DNA of 64,000 nucleotides from an uncultured Acidobacteriota bacterium (GTDB lineage Bacteria; Acidobacteriota; Thermoanaerobaculia; Multivoradales; UBA5704): NCBI GenBank assembly GCA_963700145.1, contig OY969474.1, positions 960,001 to 1,024,000 of the forward strand, read 5' to 3'. Shown piece by piece: positions 56,776 to 64,000 of this stretch (position 1 is its first letter; each line of letters starts with the position of its first letter). The notes under the pieces were generated by a model. It saw only the letters and a program-made list of their open reading frames with translations, ran no database searches and was not told where the DNA came from. The position numbers and the translations under genes were made by a program.

Positions 56776-57765
56776 ATGACTTTCGGCGCAGCCGTACCCC
56801 ACGCCCGTCGAGCGGCACTCCGGGGCGCCGTCCTCCTCGCCGCGGCCTGCGCGGCGCCCGCGGCGCCCGCGGCAGGCGCGGGCGGCGAGCCGCGCGTCGT
56901 CGCCGTCACCAGGGTCCCGGCCGGCTTCGTCGGCCACCTCGCGTACGAGGCGGCGAGCGGCCGCCTCTGGCTCCTCTCCTTCGGGCCGCCGGCGAACCCG
57001 GCGGGCGCGAGCCGCCTGTACGAGCTCGACGCCGGAACCGGCGCCGTCCTCGCCGAGGCCGCGCTGCCGTTCGCCGGCTCGTTCGGCCCGCCGGCGGCGG
57101 TCGACGGTGACCTCTACGTCGGCATCTTCTGGGAGTCGCGGATCTACCGCCTCTCGACCGCTCGCCAGAGCTTCGGCGCCGTCGTGGCGACGCTGCCCGT
57201 CCCCGGCGTGGCGGAGCTCGGGATGGAGCGCGACGGCCGCTACCGCTATCCGTTCCTCGAGTTCAGCGGCCTCGCCGTGACGCCCGAGAAGCACCTCCTG
57301 CTCTACGCCAACCGCGCCGGCGAGCTGATCACGCTGGCGCGCGACGGCACCGTGGTGTCGCGGGTGCCGACCCTGCGCGGCCTCGGAGCGCTCGCGGGCG
57401 TGGCCGCGGACGGCCGTTTCCTCCTGCTCGCCAACCAGGACGCGGAGGACTTCGCGGTGCGGGAGAAGGTGGTCGGCTTCGACCTCCGTCCGGCGGTCGT
57501 GCCGGTCGCCACCAAGCGGTCGCGCTGGGGCTCGTTCGCCGCGCGCGCCGCGCCCAAGCAGGTGAGCTGGCTGCTCCTCGACGCCGCCGACGGTGCCGCT
57601 CTCGCCCGCGTCGACGATGCCGACTCGCCGGCCTTCGCCGCCGGCACGGCGATCGTGCGCCGCGAGGCGGTGGCGGGCGCGCCGTACGGGCGCCTCTCCT
57701 TCCTGGCGCTGGGAGCGGACGGGATCCTCACCCTCGAATGGACCCCGGGCGGAGGCCCGGGCTGA
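56776..57765 (+). CDS. Secreted beta-propeller protein (paralog 1)
   Basis: Signal peptide; GFVGHLAY...GPPAN...LYELD..TG...GAPYGR...ILTLEWTPG. Confidence 0.78.
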   Translation: MTFGAAVPHARRAALRGAVLLAAACAAPAAPAAGAGGEPRVVAVTRVPAGFVGHLAYEAASGRLWLLSFGPPANPAGASRLYELDAGTGAVLAEAALPFAGSFGPPAAVDGDLYVGIFWESRIYRLSTARQSFGAVVATLPVPGVAELGMERDGRYRYPFLEFSGLAVTPEKHLLLYANRAGELITLARDGTVVSRVPTLRGLGALAGVAADGRFLLLANQDAEDFAVREKVVGFDLRPAVVPVATKRSRWGSFAARAAPKQVSWLLLDAADGAALARVDDADSPAFAAGTAIVRREAVAGAPYGRLSFLALGADGILTLEWTPGGGPG

Positions 57766-57838
57766 TGCGCTCTTTCCATGGACTCGGCGGATGCACCGGC
57801 CAAGACCTGGGTCGCGGGACGACCCTAAGGAGGCAGAG

Positions 57839-58870
57839 ATGAAGAACAGCATGTCCAGATTCTGGCTGGTCTCGGCGTTGGCGGTCCTGGCGGCGTGCCT
57901 GGCGGCGGGTGCGGCGCCGGCGGACGAGCCGAGGGTGGCCGGCAAGGACCAGGGCTACGCCAAGGCACGTCCGGGACAGCCCGGGCACGAGCAGCACCGG
58001 GAGTGGGAGGGCCGGTACCCGACGCCGGCGACGCTCAACGACTTCAAGGTGGTCCGCGCCTTCGCGCCGCCGGAGGGCTTCATCGGCAACCTGACCTACG
58101 ACCGCCGGAGCGGCCGCCTGTTCCTCATCTCGCTCGGCCCGCCGACCAACACCGCCGGCCCCAGCACGCTGTACGAGCTCGACCCCGCCACCGGCAGGGT
58201 GCTGGCGCAGGCGACGATGCCGTTCAAGGGCGACTTCGGCCAGCCGGTGTTCCTCGACGGCCACCTCTACCAGGGGATCTTCCACGAGTCGAAGATGTAC
58301 AAGGTCCGCACCGACCGGGGCGCGGACTTCGGCCGCATCGTCAAGACGGTCCAGCTGCCGACGCTGAATGACCTCAAGCTCATCGAAGAGGCGCACTCGT
58401 TCCCGTTCATCGAGTTCGGCGGCGTCACCCTGACCCCCAACGGCAAGATCATGCTGCACGCCGACGACGTCGGCGAGTACATCACCATCGAGCCCGAGAC
58501 CGGCGCCATCGTCGAGCGCGCCCGGACGATCAAGGCGATGGGCGGCATCGCCGGCGTCGGCGACAGCGAGGGGCGCTTCCTGGTCGTCGCCAACTCCGAC
58601 CCGCGCGGCGGCTACTGTGCGCTCTCCTACCCGCCGCTGCTCTCGCGCAGCGCCGACCAGAAGGACATCAGTTGGGCGCTGACCGACGGCAAGACCGGCG
58701 ACGTCCTCGCCTCGCTGCGCACCCAGAACTCTCGCGCCTACGCGAGCACGATCGCCCTGGTCAGGCACGAGGAGCTCGCCGGCGCGCCGTACGGCCGGTT
58801 CACCCTGTTCGCCACCGGCGAGGAAGGGATCCTCGAAATCGAGTGGACCCCCGGCCGCGACGCCTACTAG
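57839..58870 (+). CDS. Secreted beta-propeller protein (paralog 2)
   Basis: RBS AAGGAGG, signal peptide; GFIGNLTY...GPPTN...LYELDPATG...GAPYGR...ILEIEWTPG. Confidence 0.8.
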   Translation: MKNSMSRFWLVSALAVLAACLAAGAAPADEPRVAGKDQGYAKARPGQPGHEQHREWEGRYPTPATLNDFKVVRAFAPPEGFIGNLTYDRRSGRLFLISLGPPTNTAGPSTLYELDPATGRVLAQATMPFKGDFGQPVFLDGHLYQGIFHESKMYKVRTDRGADFGRIVKTVQLPTLNDLKLIEEAHSFPFIEFGGVTLTPNGKIMLHADDVGEYITIEPETGAIVERARTIKAMGGIAGVGDSEGRFLVVANSDPRGGYCALSYPPLLSRSADQKDISWALTDGKTGDVLASLRTQNSRAYASTIALVRHEELAGAPYGRFTLFATGEEGILEIEWTPGRDAY

Positions 58871-58904
58871 CGGCCGGGAACGAGGAGCGAGGAGCACCGC
58901 CGCG

Positions 58905-60518
58905 ATGCGACGCACCACCACCGCCTGCCTGGCGGCGGCCGTCGTCGCGAGCCTGCCGCCGCTGATCGCCGCCGGCGCCGGGGAGCCGATCGGCCGCGAG
59001 GTCGCGGTGCCGCGGCACCTGGCCGACGGCGAGGAGCTCAGCGCGCCGCTGGCGGCGGTGCTCGAGCACGGGCGGCGGCTCTTCGCCGCCATGTGGACGT
59101 CGCAGGAAGGGGCCGGCCGGCCGCTCACCAAGGGCACCGGCGATCCGGTGAGCGACTCCGGCTCCCCCCTGGTCTTCCCGCGCAACTTCAACCGCGTCTC
59201 GGGGCCGGACGCCAACTCCTGCGCCGGCTGCCACAACGCTCCCTTCGGCATCACCGGCGGCAGCGGCGACGTCGCCACCAACGTCTTCGTCCTGGCGCAG
59301 CGCTTCGACGCGGCGGACTTCGACCGCAGCGACGCGACGCTGACGCGGGGCGCGCACGACGAGGCGGGGCAATCGGTCGGTCTCGCCACGGTCGGCAACA
59401 GCCGCAAGACCGTGGGTCTCTTCGGCAGCGGCTACCTCGAGCTGCTGGCGCGCGAGATCACCGCCGAGCTCAGGGCGATCCGCGACTCGATCCCTCCCGG
59501 CGGCGCGCGCCAGCTGGTCGCCAAGGGGATCTCGTTCGGCACCTTGCGCCGGGTGGTGGACGGGCGGTGGGACGTCTACGGGGTCGAGGGCCTGCCGGCC
59601 TCGAGCCTAGCCACCTGGGGACCGGACGAGCCGCCGAGCCTCGTCGTGCGTCCCTTCCACCAGGCGGGGGCGATCGCCTCGCTGCGCGAGTTCACCGTCA
59701 ACGCCCTGAACCACCACCACGGCATCCAGGCCGCGGAGCGCTTCGGACGGCGCCGCGACCCGGACGGCGACGGCTTCGTCGACGAGGCCACCCGCGCCGA
59801 CGTCACCGCGCTCACGCTCTTCCAGGCCGTCATGGCGGTCCCCGGCAGAGTCGTCCCGCGCGACCCCGCGATCGAGCAGGCGATCGCTCTCGGGGAGGCG
59901 CGCTTCGCCGAGATCGGCTGCGCCGGCTGTCACGTGCCGGCGCTGCCGCTCGCCGACGCGCGCTACGTCGAGCCCGGGCCGCACAACCCGGTGGGCACCC
60001 TGCGGCGCGGGCAGGCGCCGCCGCTGGCGGTGGACCTCAACAGCAAGGAGCTGCCCCCGCCGCGCCTCGGCGGGCGGGACGGGACCACGATGGTGCCGGC
60101 CTACACCGACTTCAAGCTGCACGACATCACGGCCGGGCCCGCGGACCCCAACCGCGAGCCGCTCGACATGATCCAGCCTGCCGGCACGAACGCCTTCTTC
60201 GCCGGCAACGCGAGCTTCGTCACCCGTCGCCTCTGGGGCATCGGCAACCAGGGGCCCTACTTCCACCACGGCAAGTTCACCACCCTGCGCGAGGCGGTGC
60301 TGGCGCACGCCGGCGAGGCGCAGGCGGCGACCGACGCCTTCCTCGCCCTGCCGGCGCGCGAGCGCGACTGCGTCATCGAGTTCCTGAAGTCGTTGCAGGT
60401 GCTGCCGCCGGGCAGCCGCTCGCTCGTCGTCGACGAGCGCGGGCGGCCGCGGCCGTGGCCCCGCCGCGACCCGGGCCCCGCAACCTCGGATAAGCAACCG
60501 CGCTCCGGACCGCGATAG
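58905..60518 (+). CDS. Secreted di-heme oxidoreductase (DHOR/thiol oxidoreductase family)
   Basis: SCAGCH and GCAGCH, LFGSGYLE, AYTDFKLHD, TRRLWG...YFHHG...EAVLAHAGEA. Confidence 0.85.
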   Translation: MRRTTTACLAAAVVASLPPLIAAGAGEPIGREVAVPRHLADGEELSAPLAAVLEHGRRLFAAMWTSQEGAGRPLTKGTGDPVSDSGSPLVFPRNFNRVSGPDANSCAGCHNAPFGITGGSGDVATNVFVLAQRFDAADFDRSDATLTRGAHDEAGQSVGLATVGNSRKTVGLFGSGYLELLAREITAELRAIRDSIPPGGARQLVAKGISFGTLRRVVDGRWDVYGVEGLPASSLATWGPDEPPSLVVRPFHQAGAIASLREFTVNALNHHHGIQAAERFGRRRDPDGDGFVDEATRADVTALTLFQAVMAVPGRVVPRDPAIEQAIALGEARFAEIGCAGCHVPALPLADARYVEPGPHNPVGTLRRGQAPPLAVDLNSKELPPPRLGGRDGTTMVPAYTDFKLHDITAGPADPNREPLDMIQPAGTNAFFAGNASFVTRRLWGIGNQGPYFHHGKFTTLREAVLAHAGEAQAATDAFLALPARERDCVIEFLKSLQVLPPGSRSLVVDERGRPRPWPRRDPGPATSDKQPRSGPR

Positions 60519-60521
60519 GAC
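60479..60521 (+). promoter_or_regulatory. Cluster box and -10 (inside the 3' end of the DHOR gene)
   Basis: CGCAACCTCGGATAAG-N21-TAGGAC. Confidence 0.65.
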
Positions 60522-60571
60522 AAGGCCAGACCTGCCAGGTGAGCAAACCGGTCATCACCCCAAGGAGGTTG

Positions 60572-61435
60572 ATGAAAATGCCCAGCCAGCTTTCCAACCG
60601 CAGCCGTCGCACGATGACTCTCGCGCTGGGGCTCGCCGTGGCGGTCGCCGTCCTGCCGCTCCTCGCGAGCCAGGCCGGTGCCGCCGCGGCCAGCCTGCGC
60701 GTCGTCCAGGAGCTCAAGGCGCCGGGTGTCGAGCCGGAGCTCTCGGGCATCTACCCGCACCCGACCGACGAGACGCTCTACTACGTCGTCGCCAACCAGC
60801 GTCCGGCCTACCGCCCCAGCCAGAAGGCGATGCTCCCGGCGCAGTACCGGGGCAAGCTGCTGACCGTCGACGGCCGCACCGGCGAGGTGGTGCAGACCCT
60901 GGCGCTCGCCGACGGCGACTACGGCGACCTCGCCTTCGGCGGCGGCCACCTCTTCGTCTCGAGCCTCGAGCCGGCCGAGATCCTCAAGGTCGACCTCGCG
61001 GCGGGGCGCATCGTGGCGCGCTTCCCGCTCGCCGGCCCGGCGGGCGGGCTCGAGTACGACCGCGACCGCAACCTCCTGGTGGCGCAGCTCTTCGTCGGCC
61101 ATCCGCACCTCGCGGTCATCGACCCGGCGACCGGCGCCACCGTCGACACGCTGTGGTCCGACGAGAGCGCGATGGGTCTCGCCAAGGTCGGCGGCGACCT
61201 GCTCTGCACCTGGGCCAGCGGCTTCGACGAGCACGCCAAGAGCGAGCTGCGCCTGCTCGACCCGGCGACCGGCAAGGTGATCGGCCGCACGCCACTCGCG
61301 GGCGGCGTCCACACCGCGATGGCGCCGGCGGGCAGCGACGCCTTCATGGTGCTGGTGGCGACCGACCGCGCCAACGGCACGGTGGCGGTGCGCAAGTACG
61401 CCTACGACGGCGCCCGGATGGCCTGGCAGCGGTGA
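60572..61435 (+). CDS. Secreted YncE/PQQ-like beta-propeller protein
   Basis: RBS AAGGAGG, signal peptide, repeated VDGRTG/IDPATG/LDPATG blade motifs. Confidence 0.8.
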   Translation: MKMPSQLSNRSRRTMTLALGLAVAVAVLPLLASQAGAAAASLRVVQELKAPGVEPELSGIYPHPTDETLYYVVANQRPAYRPSQKAMLPAQYRGKLLTVDGRTGEVVQTLALADGDYGDLAFGGGHLFVSSLEPAEILKVDLAAGRIVARFPLAGPAGGLEYDRDRNLLVAQLFVGHPHLAVIDPATGATVDTLWSDESAMGLAKVGGDLLCTWASGFDEHAKSELRLLDPATGKVIGRTPLAGGVHTAMAPAGSDAFMVLVATDRANGTVAVRKYAYDGARMAWQR

Positions 61436-61514
61436 GGAGCGGCGGCGTGCGGGCGCCCTCCGCCCGGCTGCGGGCGCCCGCGCGCTGCGGTGAGCTCGAC
61501 CGGAGGCGAAGCCC

Positions 61515-64000
61515 ATGACGGACGGCCGAGACAGCGGGGAGCGGGGACGCCGCCAGGCACTCCTGGCCGGCGCGCTCGCCGCCCTGCTGCTGGCGCCCGC
61601 CGTCCTGGCCGGACGGTGGACGGCGGAGGAGCGCTCGGACCTCTTCGCCGCCGTCGCCTTCGCGCCGACGCCCGGCCGTGTCGAGGCGAACCGCACGGCG
61701 CTGCTCGAGCGAGTGCGGCAGGCGGCGCGCGACGGCGCCCGCTACGTCGTCCTCCCCGAGCTCGCGACCACGGGACGCCTCGACCGCGTCGCCGATCCGG
61801 CGGCGCTGGCCGAGCCCGTGCCGGGCCCCACGACCGACGCCTTCGCGGCGGTGGCGGCGGAGCGCGGAATCTGGATCGCGCTCTCGCTCGCCGAGACCGC
61901 TCCCGCCGCCGCCGGCGAGGGCGCCTATTGGGTGTCGACCGTCCTTCTCGACCCCGCCGGCGAGGTCGCCGTCCTCCAGCGCAAGGTGATGCCGCGCTTC
62001 GACGGCGGCGACGGGCCGGCGCGGCGCGGCGATCCGCGCGCCGTCCTCGACAGCGTCGACGACCGCGGCCGCCGCATCGGCGTGCTGGCGGGCGACGACC
62101 TGCTGGCCGGCGTGCCGCAGCTCGCCGCGCGCGGTGCCGAGGCCATCCTGATCACCGCCGGCTGGACGGCCGGCGAGCCCGTGGCCTGGCGCGAGCGCTG
62201 TGCGCGTCTGGCCCGGGAGCACGCCGTCGACCTGGTCGTCGCCGACCGCCTCGAGGCGGGCGAGGAGCCCGGCTTCGCCGGCATCGTCTCGCGCCACGGC
62301 GAGGCGCTGGGCCCGACGGCCGCGGTCACGGCTCGCGGCGGCGGCGGGCGCATCGGGTCGGCGCTCGGCCTCCCGTCGGTGCCGGTGCCGGCTGCGTCCC
62401 CGGCCTCGCCCGAGCTGATCGAGCTCGGCCGCGCCCTGTTCTTCGACCGCGAACTGTCGCGCGACGGCACCGTCGCCTGCGCGAGCTGCCATCAGCCGGA
62501 GAAGGGTTTCTCGAACGGCGAGAGGAACGGCGCCGGCATCTACCGTCACCCGACGACGCGCAACGTGCCGACGCTGCTCAACGTCGGCTTCAAGGCGGCG
62601 CTCTTCTGGGACGGGTACGCCTCGACCCTCGAGAGCCAGGCCAAGTACCCGACGACGCACGCCTTCGAGATGGACTCGCCGTACCTCGACGAGCTGATCG
62701 GCTACGTGCGCGGGCAGGAGCGGTACCGCCGGGGGTTCGCCGCGGCGCTCGGCAGCGAGGAGATCGGCTTCGACGAGGTGGCGCTGGCGCTCGCGTCGTA
62801 CCAGCGGGCGCTCGTCTCGGCCAACTCGCCGTTCGACCGCCACCTCTACGGCGGCCAGCACGAGGCGCTCTCGGCGAGCGCGCGGCGCGGGCTCGAGCTC
62901 TTCGCCGGCAAGGCGGGGTGCGCCGGCTGCCACAAGGTCGGGCGCGACTACGCCCTGCTCACCGACAACCAGTTCCACAACACCGGCGTCGGCTACGACC
63001 CGGCGACCGGCCGCTTCGCCGACGGCGGGCTGGGCCTGCTCTCCGACGCCAGCCGCATCGGCCGCTTCATCACCCCGACGCTGCGCAACGTGGCCGAGAC
63101 GGCGCCCTACATGCACGACGGCAGCCTCGCCACCCTGGAGGAGGTCGTCGCCTTCTACGACCGCGGTGGCGCCGCCAACCCCGGCCTCGATCCGCGCCTG
63201 CGGCCGCTCGGCCTCACCGCCGGCGAGCGCGCCGACCTGGCCGCGCTGCTACGCGCCTTCTCCGGCGACCGGCGTTTCGACGCCGCAGGGCTGCCGGTCC
63301 CGGCGCCGCGCGCGGCGCCGCTGCCCGAGGGCGAGCTGGCGCGGCTCGCCGTCGTCCGCTTCGCCCCCGCCCCCGGGCGGCTGGCGGAGAACCGGGCCGC
63401 GCTCGCGGCGCGCGTGGCGCGCGCCGCCGGCCAGGGGGCGGCGTTCGTGGTCCTGCCGGAGCACGGCGAGACCGGCCCCCTCGGCGGCCGGCTCGCGGAG
63501 GCGGCGCTGCGCGCCCTCGCCGAGCGCCAGGAGCGCGAGTCGCTCCCGCTCTGGTCGGACCTCGCGCGGCGGCACGGCATCTGGCTGGCGGCGCCGCTGC
63601 TCGAGCACGACGCGGCGGCGGGCAGGCTCTACCAGTCGATCGCCCTCTTCGACCCTGACGGCGTCGAGGCGCTGCGCCAGCGCAAGCTCGCCCCGGACCG
63701 CCGGCGCGGGGACGCGCCCGCGGCCGGCGGCAGCGTCAAGAACGTCGCGGCCGCCTGGACGCCGCTCGGCTGGGTCGGGGTCCTCGCCGGCGACGACCTG
63801 CAGGAAGGGCTGCCGCGCCTGGCCGAGCTCGGGGCCGGCACGGTCCTCGTCTCCGCCTCCTGGGAGCGTGAGGACGCCGTCGACTGGGACGCGCTGGCGG
63901 TGGCGCTCGCCGAGCGCTTCCACGTCCACCTCGTGGTGAGCAACCTGATGGGGCGCGCCGCCGCGGCCGAGGGCGCCGACGACGCGGCCGCGCCGAACCT
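61515..64000 (+). CDS. Secreted fusion: nitrilase-like, di-heme cytochrome c peroxidase/MauG, nitrilase-like (runs off the window)
   Basis: Open frame from ATG 61515: signal peptide; VVLPE...QRK...IGVLAGDD; LGRALFFD.ELS.DGTVACASCH...FWDG...GCAGCH...TPTLRNVAETAPYMHDG; second VVLPE...QRK...VGVLAGDD. Confidence 0.85.
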   Translation, partial: MTDGRDSGERGRRQALLAGALAALLLAPAVLAGRWTAEERSDLFAAVAFAPTPGRVEANRTALLERVRQAARDGARYVVLPELATTGRLDRVADPAALAEPVPGPTTDAFAAVAAERGIWIALSLAETAPAAAGEGAYWVSTVLLDPAGEVAVLQRKVMPRFDGGDGPARRGDPRAVLDSVDDRGRRIGVLAGDDLLAGVPQLAARGAEAILITAGWTAGEPVAWRERCARLAREHAVDLVVADRLEAGEEPGFAGIVSRHGEALGPTAAVTARGGGGRIGSALGLPSVPVPAASPASPELIELGRALFFDRELSRDGTVACASCHQPEKGFSNGERNGAGIYRHPTTRNVPTLLNVGFKAALFWDGYASTLESQAKYPTTHAFEMDSPYLDELIGYVRGQERYRRGFAAALGSEEIGFDEVALALASYQRALVSANSPFDRHLYGGQHEALSASARRGLELFAGKAGCAGCHKVGRDYALLTDNQFHNTGVGYDPATGRFADGGLGLLSDASRIGRFITPTLRNVAETAPYMHDGSLATLEEVVAFYDRGGAANPGLDPRLRPLGLTAGERADLAALLRAFSGDRRFDAAGLPVPAPRAAPLPEGELARLAVVRFAPAPGRLAENRAALAARVARAAGQGAAFVVLPEHGETGPLGGRLAEAALRALAERQERESLPLWSDLARRHGIWLAAPLLEHDAAAGRLYQSIALFDPDGVEALRQRKLAPDRRRGDAPAAGGSVKNVAAAWTPLGWVGVLAGDDLQEGLPRLAELGAGTVLVSASWEREDAVDWDALAVALAERFHVHLVVSNLMGRAAAAEGADDAAAPN

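Noticed and set aside
61490-63658. 722 aa plus-strand ORF in the track
   Set aside because: An Arg/Pro-rich off-frame artefact. The coding frame begins at 61515 and has no stop in the window.

Overview
This is a very GC-rich (by eye roughly 70% or more) bacterial chromosome segment, possibly from Acidobacteriota such as Thermoanaerobaculia (a gene-content impression, not a test). Bases 1-26022 are housekeeping: valS (partial), a RomR-like response regulator, split methylmalonyl-CoA mutase, a PPIase, rmuC, two acyl-CoA dehydrogenases, pyrE, an NtrC-family regulator, degP, and rimP-nusA-infB-DUF503-rbfA-nrnA-truB-rpsO-pnp. A small low-GC insert lies between pyrE and a decayed copy of the pyrE 3' end. 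From about 26.1 kb to the window end is an enediyne-type biosynthetic region: a SARP/BTAD activator, the full minimal warhead cassette (E3/UnbL, E4/UnbV, E5/UnbU, PKSE, E10 thioesterase) and an AraC regulator. These are followed by an atypical, mostly secreted accessory set: three di-heme c proteins (one sandwiched between two Cys-less nitrilase domains), three tandem paralog pairs (calycin-like, ADP-ribosyltransferase-like, beta-propeller), a methyltransferase, an S9 peptidase, a 2OG-Fe hydroxylase and an MFS exporter. A second UnbV-family gene, fused to a thioredoxin domain, has one in-frame UGA followed by an fdhF-like SECIS hairpin, making it a candidate selenoprotein. Two cis-element sets tie the region together: 11-bp-phased SARP-type heptamers at the E3 promoter, and a 16-bp CGCAA-N4-GGA(G/T)AA(G/A) box found eight times, usually 20-21 nt before a -10-like hexamer. 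All calls come from reading the sequence and from motif memory; no searches were run.
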